From positions 33,232,001 through 33,296,000 of the forward strand of contig NC_042997.1 in the NCBI RefSeq assembly GCF_006345805.1: a stretch of DNA of 64,000 nt, written 5' to 3'. The notes under the pieces were generated by a model. That model saw only the letters and a program-made list of their open reading frames with translations. It did not search any database and was not told where the DNA came from. The first letter of the stretch is position 1. Each line of letters opens with the position of its first letter. The translations under genes and the position numbers were made by a program. The stretch comes from Octopus sinensis (lineage: Eukaryota). This document shows positions 25,499 through 38,966 of the stretch, one piece after another.

Positions 25499-28091
25499 TT
25501 GTCTTCATCTAGTACCGTCGCTATCAAGAGTTGCTGACGTTTTGTATTTGCAAGATTTGGGGACAAATAGTTCACATAGCTCCATTCTGCAGTAGAGGCA
25601 ACTCAAGTTTTTCACCATGTGAATGGCATCTCAGTGGAATAAAACGAGCTCATGAAAAGACGACAGAAATAAGAACAACAGAAATAAGCAATCAATAGAC
25701 CGAAAGCTAACATAGCTACGAAAGATTTGAACCAAATATCCACGATTCTCCAGCAGGCATGACGCTGGCCGTGAATATAGGTAAACATATGAATATTTAA
25801 TAAGAGTTTGACTCAGATCCAATTGATTTAAATGTTCGCTGACAAGCAGGACACGTTCATCGCGTCACATATTAAGATAAGAGTGAGAAATCTGAAACAA
25901 ACAGAAGATAGCTTCCAGGTGTTAGGCTTTTATTGGTCAGCTCAGGTCACGTGATGCTAATTCTGTGAAAGCAACACCACCTATTTTCTTTATCTTTAGG
26001 TCCTCTCTCACTCTCTCCCCCACACACACACATATATACACATACACGCAGTGTATGTGTGTGTACGTGTGTGTATACATGTATGTATATATGTATCTAT
26101 GTAGGTATGTATGTATTCTATTGGCTTTCTTGAAAGCTATACTTTAAGCACCAACGACGGTAAAGACACTGGAGTCACCATCTACGCTTGTGGCGATAAA
26201 AGACGATGATGATGATGGTAATGATGATAATGATGATGATGATGATGATGATGACAGCAGTGGTGGTGGTGATGACGGCTGGCACCGATTCTCTATGGTA
26301 GGATTTAAACCCAGTAACCACCGAAATCCAATAAAACTCATTGACTTCGTGTTTTTCTCATTGCCGTTATTTACAGTTATCGGCGCAATGTAAAAATGTC
26401 GACAAAATGTGAAACTGCTTTTGTTAGCAAGTTCTGCAACCCACTGAAATGTAGATGTAGCATCGAAGCCTTCCTCATTATTTAAAGCAGGTCAAATAGA
26501 CTATTTATTTCTCTCTCTCTTCTGTATTCACGAAAGGAGTTGTACTCGGGACTGAATAATTTATAGCAATGTGAAAGTGTTGACTGTAGCACATAACAGA
26601 ATGCTGGTGATAATTGATACAATACGATCCACCAATTTAGTGAAACCCTTGTTCATGAATTTTGTTCTATGTACGAGCATTGCTGACATTGGAGTCACGT
26701 CGAAGGTCTGTAATCTCGTATAGGACGGACTTGGCTGTCAACCGAGTCCATCGAGAAGATAATCCCGTCAACTTCTGGAATTAAGGCGACTGAGAACAAG
26801 GCTTTTCCTGTTCGTTCGGATCCTCATCAGCATTTGGAGGCGTCACTTAAAGGGTAGAGTTGGGGTGGAAAAGAAAGTGCTGACCGTAAGTATGCTAAGA
26901 GGATCATTTTGTGTAACTGGATCGCTCCACACTCAATTTTTGTAAGTATTTAATAAGGGAGGATGCATTTACCGTAGTGTCGAAGCGGGATTGAAGATAT
27001 GAAGGGTGTTCTCTTTAGCCTGAAGTGGCTGTCCCTTTTTTTGTGACATACACATTATATATTTTTATAGACATTATATTTTCTGTATTTTTCAATCAGA
27101 ACTAACATGGGGATGAACAGCAACAATAACAACATCCACGAGGAAACTACATTAAGTGTAAAATCAATAATTTTTTTTAAAAATACATAACGGAACATAA
27201 GAATGGATGAATGAATCAATCAATGAATACAGATATTAAATTGAGATTTACACTTTATGTAGATATGAGGTTTATCCATTTTCAGTGATAATCCAACAAA
27301 ATAACTAAGCTGTCTGTTTCCCTAACTATTAGCAACAAGACCTTGAAGTCTATTCCGAGTTACCAAAAGATTATTTAAAACAGAATTCGATAAGTGGCAG
27401 CTTAGTTAGAATTGATACTGGTGTGCAGAATATTAGATAAAAAAAAAGGAGGAATGGAAAGAGAAAACTCGAAAGAGAGAAAGGGAGAGGAAAAGCAAAA
27501 AGCAAAACTGATTTCATGTAATTTCATCAAAAAACTGGAAGTTGATTGAATTAATTTTTGTAGATACGGTTTAAGCGACTAACATAAATTATTTTTGTTT
27601 ATTCCACCTCCCCTCTTCACTCTCTTTCTCTTGTTTCATATTTCCCTGTCTCTCTTTCTCGTCTCTCTTTCTGTTTATATTTACCACATACTATCCTTTT
27701 CTCCCATGCTATCTTTCTAGCGAGACGGCTCTATTTCCAACTGTTTTTATCTAGCTAGCTATCAACATCCTCAAATGGAAGTACTGCTAACAAACACCAG
27801 TTTGTAAGCAACATTTCTATCCATATATACTGGTCTAGACAACTCAAAATCAACCGCCAAAAGTGATCGATTTTTCTTGTCTATTATTACAAAAACAATG
27901 CTTACCGATCTTCCTTGGTCGTATTTTTACTATCAGTAATAGTATTGAATAGAATTCGTTTATATTGAGCAACTCCAGTAACCTTTAGTTAAATATATAT
28001 ATATATGACAGAAGTTAAGTAACCAAACCTGATTCGGTGGTTGTTGGTAATCCAGAAGACTAAAAGCACCTGCAGGTTGAATCTATATATA

Positions 28092-28145
<54 letters not shown>

Positions 28146-28779
28146 GTCACACCACATTATATATATATATTATATATATATATATTATATATATATAATA
28201 TATATATATATAATATATATATAACATTATATATATAATATATATATATATATATAATATATATATAATATATAATATATAATATATAATATATATTATA
28301 TATAATATATAATATATATATATATATATATATACATACATATATATATATATATTATATATATATATATATATAATATATATATATATGTATATATGTA
28401 TGTATGTATGCATGTATATATATAATATATATATATATACTAAGCGATGCGTTGAATATGAAAAACCGATGCGATTGTCAAGTGAAGGATGCACTGGAGT
28501 GGTTTCCACATGCGTGTTCCCAGTATGCTCTAAGAATATATGTTTTATATCCACAGAACTGGTATCACAGACCAAGTTTATTTCTGTTTACTTTTGTTCT
28601 TTTCTTCTAATTACTTTTCTTGTGGTTGAGACTGTTTCATCTATATGTAACCAATGCCAAGAAACTTTCATGTACGTACCACATCTGAAAGTGACATTCT
28701 GTTCTGTTAAAGACAGATAACTTTGTTCGGAGAGCAGAAATGTTAAATTCGAGACGGTGAAGTGGTACAGCGTCGGACA

Positions 28780-29200
28780 GAATATCACGTAATATTTGCT
28801 ACTATTCTATGGTACTGAGTCCAAGTCCTGTCGAGAGCAACTTTACTTTTTATTCTTTCGGGGTTGGTGGATGCTTTCTAGGTCTCCGTTTATAGAATCA
28901 TTGCAGGTTGGAATCTAGTGTCTAGGCTGTGTGCGGGTAATGCATGATAAGGGAAAGTTTAGTGGGGAATGAATTTTGTCTTCTGCACAAGAGTGCATAA
29001 GTGGATGTGGCAACAAGTAGGTCATTGACGTATAGAAGGAAGAGAGTAGAGAACAGAACTGAACCCTGAGGAACACCAGAGTTGATTAACATACGCAACA
29101 ACGGTGCGATCTCAGAAGCTACCGATCCATGAGATAAGAGGTGATTGGAGTCCGAGGGCGATAAATTTCGATAGGAGATTTTGTGTATTTGACACGGTCA
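28780..29200 (-). mobile_element. CR1/L2/Jockey-type RT relic (copy 1)
   Basis: Minus strand LISWIGSF...NSGVPQGSVL...LFLLYVNDLL, the RT domain 4-5 motif. Confidence 0.8.
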
Positions 29201-29461
29201 ATTGAACATTTGAACTTTTCTAAGGCGAGAGCCCACTGGTGGATTAGTTCTAGGGAATAGTTCTTCAGTAGATCTGGCTCTGTGGAAGCTATACTGGTTA
29301 TAATTGATGCGAAAGAGAGAGAGAGAAGGAAGATTCACATATTTGTAACTGAGGAAGAAAAATGTTAGTGGGTGGAATACAATATGTGTATGTAACATGA
29401 TTATACAAGTTGTACTGAGTTACATGCTATCAGTAGCGCTCATGATCGACCTTGTGCATAT

Positions 29462-29591
<130 letters not shown>

Positions 29592-29969
29592 TGTATGCAT
29601 GTATATATATAATATATATATATATACTAAGCGATGCGTTGAATATGAAAAACCGATGCGATTGTCAAGTGAAGGATGCACTGGAGTGGTTTCCACATGC
29701 GTGTTCCCAGTATGCTCTAAGAATATATGTTTTATATCCACAGAACTGGTATCACAGACCAAGTTTATTTCTGTTTACTTTTGTTCTTTTCTTCTAATTA
29801 CTTTTCTTGTGGTTGAGACTGTTTCATCTATATGTAACCAATGCCAAGAAACTTTCATGTACGTACCACATCTGAAAGTGACATTCTGTTCTGTTAAAGA
29901 CAGATAACTTTGTTCGGAGAGCAGAAATGTTAAATTCGAGACGGTGAAGTGGTACAGCGTCGGACAGAA

Positions 29970-30390
29970 TATCACGTAATATTTGCTACTATTCTATGGT
30001 ACTGAGTCCAAGTCCTGTCGAGAGCAACTTTACTTTTTATTCTTTCGGGGTTGGTGGATGCTTTCTAGGTCTCCGTTTATAGAATCATTGCAGGTTGGAA
30101 TCTAGTGTCTAGGCTGTGTGCGGGTAATGCATGATAAGGGAAAGTTTAGTGGGGAATGAATTTTGTCTTCTGCACAAGAGTGCATAAGTGGATGTGGCAA
30201 CAAGTAGGTCATTGACGTATAGAAGGAAGAGAGTAGAGAACAGAACTGAACCCTGAGGAACACCAGAGTTGATTAACATACGCAACAACGGTGCGATCTA
30301 AGAAGCTACCGATCCATGAGATAAGAGGTGATTGGAGTCCGAGGGCGATAAATTTCGATAGGAGATTTTGTGTATTTGACACGGTCAAAT
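29970..30390 (-). mobile_element. CR1/L2/Jockey-type RT relic (copy 2, within the duplication)
   Basis: Same sequence as copy 1; ORF 30209-30424 contains LISWIGSFLDR. Confidence 0.8.
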
Positions 30391-30657
30391 TGAACATTTG
30401 AACTTTTCTAAGGCGAGAGCCCACTGGTGGATTAGTTCTAAGGGAATAGTTCTTCAGTAGATCTGGCTCTGTGGAAGCTATACTGGTTATAATTGATGAG
30501 AAAGAGAGAGAGAGGAGGAAGATTCACATATTGTAACTGAGGAAGAAAAATGTTAGTGGGTGGAATACAATATGTGTATGTAACATGATTATACAAGTTG
30601 TACTGAGTTACATGCTATCAGTAGCGCTCATGATCGACCTTGTGCATATATATATAT

Positions 30658-30767
<110 letters not shown>

Positions 30768-30814
30768 ATATATATATATATATATACTTTATTCAAAGCA
30801 GCAGAAAATTCAAC

Positions 30815-30861
30815 AAAACCTGTTACTCTGAGTTTCCTGTTGCCGTTCGTCGGACAGTTTT
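30815..30861 (-). ncRNA. Minimal type I hammerhead-ribozyme-like motif (stem II decayed)
   Basis: aaaactgt-CCGACGA-acggcaacag-GAAA-ctc-a-gag-TA-acag-gtttt: stem I ctgt/acag, stem III actc/gagt with 1-nt loop, GUA cleavage triplet, U4C core variant. Confidence 0.6.
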
Positions 30862-31149
30862 TGCTAGAATGGAATCGATATGTGGATTCTATCCAGACTA
30901 TTGTAAACGCTACACCTTTAAAAAAAATGGGCTTGTTTGATTGGCCCTTTGGAAATAACGGCCATACACCTTTAAAAAATGGACTTGTTTGATTGGCCCT
31001 TTAGAAATAACGGCCTCTTTTCGGGCGATAAACATAGATGAGTTCAATCATCTATGTTTATATATATATATATCAATTTGTTGACGTTATTTTTGCGTTT
31101 CTGACTTAGCGGTTCCCAGTTACTTCACGGATTCATCTTTTGATTTATT

Positions 31150-31335
31150 ATTACAATAACGAAGTGATTGGCGAGCTACAAGTACATTGAAGTCAGAGGT
31201 ATCTACTTTGAAAGAAATCAGAGTTTTGTACTTCTCTGAAGTTAATGTCTTGTCTGAAAAAGTCTCAAAACTTCTGGAATTCACCTTGTACATGTACAGC
31301 GACTCTGCCGACCGTCTCTGCCGCGGCAGAAACAA
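31150..31335 (+). repeat. Unclassified dispersed repeat (second copy at ~34890-35070)
   Basis: acgaagtgattgg(c/a)gagctacaagtacattgaagtca...caaaacttctggaatt...ggcagaaa is shared by both loci. Confidence 0.8.
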
Positions 31336-31699
31336 TGAGAAGGACATGAGATGGGCATGTCTGGAGTGCATCTGACTATAGATCCCCTTGATAACTGTCG
31401 AGCTGGTGCTAAATTACTCCACGTAATGTAGACATTTACCAGTTTCCAAGGATTCCGAATTTTACTCTATTTACAAGGGTTTTCTAACGAATGGAAATCG
31501 TGGTAGAATTTTGCAATGACAGTTTGGATTATCAGTCCGGTAATGAAGAGCAAATATGTCATTTGTCAAGCGTTAGCGTTTGCGTCTAGATAAATTATTG
31601 TCAATCATGGCAAGATAACGAAGATCCCAAAGGCAACAGGTCAGTTCATTAGCTGAAAATTTTTCATGTAGTCCTGTCTGGAAATACTGGTTTAGTTAA

Positions 31700-31920
31700 T
31701 ACACAGGCAAACAAATTTGATTTTATCTTCGACACTACCTTGGAGAATCCTTATTAAAATTATGCAATGTGTAGCGAGAAACGAGTTGAACTGGGAGTCG
31801 ATAAATCAGAAACGCAAAAATAACGTCAATAATTAAGACTAATTAATATTCGGAAAACTAATATCGATTCTATCTCAGTGTTACGGCGATGTAACGTGGG
31901 ACATACGAGATGCGCAAATT
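31700..31920 (-). pseudogene. Possible class A GPCR relic (TM3-TM4)
   Basis: Minus frame SYVPRYIAVTLR*NRY...LVLIIDVIFAFLIYRLPVQ; RYIAV at 31882-31896; several stops. Confidence 0.35.
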
Positions 31921-31994
31921 GCATAGGTGTCTCTTTTATATTCGTGTGTCTGCTGTAGACGAAGGTATGTAACGCTTAAAAAAGGAGTCAGCTA

Positions 31995-32236
31995 ATTGAC
32001 GAACTTGTTGATATGACTGGTGTGTACTCGAGCTCCTGCCAACGAATTTTGAGCAAAGAATTGTGAATGAAAAGAGTTAGAGCAAAATGTGTGCCTCGCT
32101 TGATTACAGAAGATCAAAGGCAGTCACGATTGAATGCGTGTAGTGAACTGGAAGAACAGTTGGAAGTTGATCCAGACCTTTTTTTCGAGAGTCATTAGCG
32201 GTGACGAAAGCTGGTGCTACGGAATTTGCAGATGTA
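31995..32236 (+). mobile_element. Mariner transposase fragment with internal deletion
   Basis: ELVDMTGVYSSSCQRILS...VPRLITEDQ...GDESWCYG|FADV; same deletion junction as the copy at 37190-37977. Confidence 0.85.
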
Positions 32237-32514
32237 GCTAATAACGCCAAGACAGCGTTAGCTATCTGTTTCGTTTCGTCTCTTTTTCCTGCTGATTTAT
32301 TCTGTTTTTCCAGGACACGGACACACAAAAATACTCACACGCGCGCGCACAAACAGTTGCACACAAACACATGCACAAATACAAAGACACATATATAAAC
32401 ATACACGTATGCAAGACAAGGAGGGAAAATCGTGATGCCACTCCACACGCTAGAAGAAGCAACTAAATATTTTGATTATAATTATTAACATCTCCCAAAA
32501 AATATAAAGTACAC

Positions 32515-33111
32515 TATCCACCCACCCATCCATCAATCCATCCATCCATCCACCCACCCATCCATCAATCCATCCATCCATCCATTTATCCATCCATCCA
32601 TTTATCCATCCATCCACCCATCCATCCATCCACCCATCCATCCATCCATCCATCCGTTCATCCATCCATCCATCCATCCATCCATCCACCCATCCATCCA
32701 CCCATCCATCCATCCATCCACCCATCCACCCATCCATCCATCCATCCATCCATCCACCATCCACCCATCCATCCATCCACCCATCCACCCATCCATCCAT
32801 CCATCCATCCATCCACCCATCCATCCACCCATCCATCCATCCATTTATCCATCCATCCACCCCCCATCCATCCATCTATCCATCCATCCATCCATCCACC
32901 CATCCATCCATCCATCTGTTCATCCATCCATCCACACATCCATCCATCCACCCATCCATCCACCCATCCATCCGTCCATCCACCCATCCACCCATCCATC
33001 CATCCATCCATCCATCCACCCATCCATCCACCCATCCACCCATCCATCCATCCATCCATCCATCCATCCATCCATTCATCCATCCATCCACCCATCCATC
33101 CATCCATCTAT

Positions 33112-33142
<31 letters not shown>

Positions 33143-33145
33143 ACC
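32515..33145. repeat. (CCAT)n tetranucleotide satellite, ~630 bp
   Basis: Directly visible; source of the MDGW ORFs. Confidence 0.98.
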
Positions 33146-33482
33146 ATGGATGCAGACATACATACACAAACCGATATACTTATGTCAGATATATAATTGA
33201 AAAATAAATGAGAAAACTAATTCCAATCACTGCCAACCCATCCATCCGTGACATAAACAAGTAAGTAAATAAATAAAATTAAATGTTACAAAAAAAACCC
33301 CCACTACGCTGCCGCTTGACCTGCTTGAAAAAGCAGCTAAAATTTTCATCAAATATTAGGGAAGGAAAAGAAAAAAAATTAGATAATGTAGTCTTACATA
33401 TTCTTAAAATGATGGGATGGTATGAGATGGGTATGTCTGGAGTGCATCTGACAATAGCTCTCCTTGATAATTGTTGAATACC

Positions 33483-33719
33483 TATTTCTATTTCTTTACT
33501 ACCCAAAAGGGGCTAAACGTAGAGGGGACAAACAAGGACAGATAAACGGATTAAGTCGATTACATCGACCCCAGTGTGTAACTGGTACTTAATTTATCGA
33601 CCCCGAAAGGATGAAAGGCAAAGTCGACCTCGGCGGAATTTGAACTCAGAACGTAGCGGCAGACGAAATACTGCTAAGCATTTCGCCCGGCGTGCTAACG
33701 TTCCTGCCTGCTCGCCGCC
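33483..33719 (-). mobile_element. SINE family B monomer, tail (GAAATA)2
   Basis: cctatttctatttctttactacc...ctcgccgcc. Confidence 0.93.
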
Positions 33720-33968
33720 TTCGACTATTGAACATTAATTGGTGTTGGAGGCAGTTTTGGTAGCGGCGTTGTTGCTGGTGGTGGTGTTAGTGGTGAGAGT
33801 GTTATTGAACTTGCTGTAATGTAGTAGCTGTAATGGTGGCGGTGAATTTTGTATTGTCAAGTAATTCCTGGAAACTAATTTAACTTAGCAAAGAAGACGA
33901 AACAGAAAACCATGTGTGTTGTCATAACCATCGACTCTCTCCTTTCACTTTTTGTTGCCCTCACTCCT

Positions 33969-34012
<44 letters not shown>

Positions 34013-34272
34013 TCTCTCTCCCTCTCTACTGTCTTATAAGTATTCTTATACTTTTACATTTTTTCATTTTTACTTCTTGTCAGACTGCATACAAAGAAGT
34101 ATTTTGTCCTCGAGGATAAGTAAGTGGACAGAATCGCGGAGAGAAACAAAAGCTTACATCTAAAGAGGAGGAAAACGTTTTCTCAAAGGCCAAATCAGAA
34201 GAAAAGCAGACAAAACCATACTGTTCGCTAATCATATCTTACGAATTGAAACTTGTTTTCTCAAAACCTATT

Positions 34273-34311
<39 letters not shown>

Positions 34312-34500
34312 CACACACACACACACATATTTATACATACATACATACATACTACATACATACATACATACATACATACAAACATACACACACATATGCA
34401 ATATATACATATATACATACAAAGATATATATATATACATACATATATATACGTCTAAACATTCATGCATACACATACGTGTGTGTGTATGTGTGTGTAC

Positions 34501-34537
<37 letters not shown>

Positions 34538-35149
34538 AGAACTCGTCTTTATAAAAAAAAAAGCTTCATAGGTCATTATTTAGTTCATAATCATGCTCAA
34601 TGTTTCTAATACTAAATATACTATTAAACATAATTTAGTTGGGATAATTGTGATCTGATATATTTTTTGTTTCAATTTTCTACTAAGCTATGGCTGATAC
34701 AAAATAAAGAACAATAATAAATACATACATATATATATATATACATTCAGTCCCCAAAAGAGATAAGCATCAAAACTCTCCCCACCTTTCTGCAACCCAA
34801 ACCTTGCTCCCTTTGGTTTTTGGTTGTTTCCCAAACAGATGAAGGTTACTGTGACAATGGTCCCGGACACCTTCACTTTGGAACCTTCACGAAGTGATTG
34901 GAGAGCTACAAGTACATTGAAGTCATAGGATTCTTATTTGAAGGAAATTAGAGTTTTGTACTTCTTTGAAATTAATATATGGCTTTTCTGAAAAATTCTC
35001 AAAACTTCTGGAATTTACTTTGGACGTGTACAGTGGCTCTGCTGGCCGTCCCAGCTGTGGCAGAAATAATTTGCGGTAGGTTATACTACATAGACTATAG
35101 CTGATTGTAACATGATTCTTCAGAAGGTTAATAGAAATAAACATATTTT

Positions 35150-36760
35150 CTTTTATAGTATATAAGAGGAGACGAGTAAATAGTAAAGAATGTATGATAA
35201 TGGTTGTTATATGCCACCGTAAAGATGTTTTGGATTTCACTGTATTCAACCCCGCCCCATCTCATATCCTCAAAATCGGAATCTAATCCTACAAGAAACA
35301 CATTAAGAATACAGGAAGAACATTGGGATAATTCTTTCTTTACACGAGAGGAATACAAACCATTTAGAAAATTATTATGCCTGGCGTGAACCTGAATTAC
35401 GCTTATTCAAAAGAGAAACGATTTATGCTGTTAACTAGCAGAAAATTAAGCCAAAAGAACGATGCTGTCGGTAGGTCTTGCAACGTTTGATGGCTTTGAT
35501 CAAAGTTCTTGGAATGCAAAGCTTCCCGTTTCGTGGTGTAAATGAAAAGTTGTACTATGCTAGCAATGGAGATCTTTTACAATTTGCAGAATATAGAGTC
35601 CTTTTCGGTCTTATCAAAGAAAACATTTGCGCTGAATTGCGCCTAGGAAAAGCTATAAAATGAGCTTATGCGGCTTCTAGCACATGCTGTGAAGCAGTAA
35701 ATTTTAACACATACAAACTCAGTCAAATACTATTCAATTAATCTGAACTGCACACATAGTGTTAGTAAAAAAAAGCAAATGACCACTATTGTTTACTGAT
35801 GCAATGAAGCTATTAGTCAGAGAGATATCCGAGTCTGAAGTTATAATAGAAAATTTATGCGTGCGTAAAGGGAACTCTTCTTGAATAACTTGAGCAAACC
35901 ATATTACAAATTGAGAACCTATGTTGTCAGGGTTTTGACAATGGGAGTAATAGGAAGTAATGGCATACAAAAGATTCTTAGGCGTAAAACCATGAGCCTT
36001 TTTGTGACTTTATGTACACTTTTCAAATTTTGTAGACAATGATAACGATAGGTAGTGTTTTGAAACAACTAATCTTTTCGGTTTGGTTCAACAGATCTAC
36101 AATTATTTCTTTCTACCGATTCATACAACAGACTTAAGCATAAATGTTAAAATATTGAGTAAGATATGATAAAAGAGTTGAATGTTTTAAAATCACCAAT
36201 ATACCATCATGGCAATATATAAATAACGCTTTCCTAGAGATCTTTAGTGACACAAATCTAAAAGGTTCGTTTGAAAATACTTCTCGAATAGAAGCTTGGG
36301 TCTTCGCTGATGCAATTTCTATGTTTAAATTTATTGAATCTCTTTTCGAAGTAATTACACAAACAAACTACTGCAGAATAAAGAAAATGATTTAAACTCA
36401 TCTACAAGACAATCGGCAGGGACTAAGAATTACCTTCTGAACGGTAGGTGTGATACAATTTACAGCGAGTTTTGATTGATGCTACTGAGATTGCAAATAA
36501 ACTAGTGATACTTCCATACTTTGAGGCTGGAAAACTTAGAAAGAAGAAAAGAAACGACAGTTTGAGTATGAAATCCTAGAAAAGACACCGCAAGTCTTGT
36601 AGCAGAAATTAAATGTGGGTTTCCACAATGATTTCTCTGAGTTGACTACACAGTCTGTTGAAGAGAGATGCAAACAGCGATAACAATATCATTCCCTCGA
36701 AGTTTCGACCAGGCAAGCCATCATAGGACAGTCCGGTGATGGCTTACCTGATCGAAATTT
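35150..36760 (+). mobile_element. hAT-superfamily (ZMYM1-like/DUF4371-type) transposase relic
   Basis: QRLMALIKVLGMQSFPFRGVNEKLYYASNGDLL (ORF 35478) resembles the LAFRG..E....NGNFL motif; CCQGFDNGSN resembles CRGQGYDNGSNM; FGLVQQIYNYF; heavily disrupted. Confidence 0.8.
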
Positions 36761-36866
36761 CGAGGTCACTATCAAAACTATTCTTGTTAAAAAATAATAG
36801 ATTTGTACTCTACTGAAAGTAGTGAGTAACCCTTCATTTTAATGTGCACAGACACACACACACACA

Positions 36867-36931
<65 letters not shown>

Positions 36932-37189
36932 TATTAAAAAAATTCTGAAGATGAATCTAGGAGTAGCAAAAATTTGGTAAAATCATTGATGCCTAATAGA
37001 AACAAAGATACTGAAAGTAAAAATTTATGTTGTGGACTAAACAGCGTGAAGACTTCTCAAGCCTATACGATAAGGAGAACGAACGTAGTTACTCAATTTC
37101 TCAAAGTTCAAACTTCTAAAACTTGCCAGCGCTTTACACTGTTGTAAATGTTACAACATACACAAGGTGGCACGTGACAGTTACATAAT

Positions 37190-37977
37190 TTGAATATGTC
37201 CCGGCATCATCACTCTCCATTTGAAGGAAAGCATTGGTCCATGCGCGTTTTCCACTATTCGAAGCAGTGCTGGAACTCTTGCGAAGTGATACCTTCTAAA
37301 GCCTCCAGTGTTTTCTTCTTCACCTCTTCTACATCTGCAAATTCCGTAGCACCAGCTTTCGTCACCACTGATGACCCTCGAAAAAAAGATCTGGATCAAC
37401 TTCCAACTGTTCTTTCAGTTCACAACACGCATTCAGTCGTGACTGCTTTTGATCTTCCGTAATCAAGCGAGGCACAAATTATGCTGCAACTCTTTTTCAT
37501 TCATAATTCCTCGCTCAAAATTCGTTGGCAGGAGCTCGAGTACACACCAGTCATATCAACAAGTTTGTCAATTGTTCAGTGACGGTCCTCCAAGATCAGT
37601 TCATGAATTTTCATGATGTTCTCATTCGTTCGGGAGGTCGACAGTTGTCTTGAACGAGGTTGGTCTTCAAGCGACAAGTGACCATTCCTAAAGCGTGGAA
37701 ACCACTCGCAAACTTGTGTTTGCTCATGACAGACACCTTGTGAGCTGTTTGAAGCATGACGCAGTTCCTTCGTTTAAGACGTCGCAAAAATAAAGGAACA
37801 GGGGAGAAGCACTGCAAAACAAAGACGCACCACGTTGCAATACGACTTCAACTGACGACACCAGTCGGCAAACTGATGTCTGAGGATCGCATCAAGTGTT
37901 TTCTAGCGGTGGAAGCCTGAACTACACCGGGCTTGTCCCACAGAGAACGCTCACGGTTACTTTTGGGCACCCCATCG
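37190..37977 (-). mobile_element. Mariner element, internally deleted non-autonomous derivative
   Basis: TA at 37978-37979 abuts TIR cgatggggtgcccaaaagtaac; MSK..V.EWF.RF..G..SLEDQPRS, VPRLIT and GDESWCYG are fused directly to FADVEEVKKKTLEAL; the second and third catalytic Asp region is missing. Confidence 0.88.
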
Positions 37978-38519
37978 TATGTACAGGAAAGAAACTGTTT
38001 ATTTGACACCGAGCTTCTCTATTACTATTCTTAGTTTCTAATTTCAGTTTTTTTTTACTGAAGCTCTGTCACTGCGTGTGGGTTTATAGATAGAAGAAAA
38101 CAAAAAAAAGTCTTTATAGCTTATTCTATAAATGTATTATGGCTTCTTTTTTTTTTCATTTCAAACGTAAAGGCAAACTTCAGGCCGTTTTTGCACGTTC
38201 TTTACAATGAGGAACGTGCAGAGAATGATGAAATTCGAGTAACGACGGAGTGCAGCTTTAACACCTATTGAATTTAGATATTAATCTATATATCTATATT
38301 TATATCTATATATATATATATATATACATAAATGTATTAATACATACATAGACGCATACAAACACATACACATTGGCGGTTCAGAGACGAAACGTTCACC
38401 ATCTATATTCATACATTTATTCATTGCACGCTGCCATACTGGTTTTTGTTTGTGGTCTTTCGTAATCAATATCACATTCTTCTTCTCTCCTCTTGTTTGT
38501 AATCGCGTTTCTCTAAAGT

Positions 38520-38661
38520 AATATATATGTGTGCGCATGTGCGATCATTGTATGTTTGTGTGTATGCATATATATATATATATATATGCATGTATATATG
38601 CATGTATGTGTATATATATATATATATATATAATATATATATGTATATATATATATATGTA

Positions 38662-38692
<31 letters not shown>

Positions 38693-38695
38693 TGT

Positions 38696-38748
<53 letters not shown>

Positions 38749-38797
38749 GTATATATAATATATATGTATATATATATATATGTAATATATATATATA

Positions 38798-38838
<41 letters not shown>

Positions 38839-38871
38839 GCATGTATATATATATATAATATATATATATAC

Positions 38872-38910
<39 letters not shown>

Positions 38911-38966
38911 TAGATAGATAGATAGATAGATAGATGTATGTATGTATGTATGTATGTATGTATGTG
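38520..38966. repeat. (TA)n-(GA)n-(GATA)n-(TATG)n compound microsatellite
   Basis: Directly visible. Confidence 0.97.

Noticed and set aside
26800-26835. CTGATGA-GGATCC-GAAC on the minus strand as a hammerhead
   Set aside because: Stem II is only 1 bp, position 15.1 is non-consensus, and there is no stem I/III pairing.
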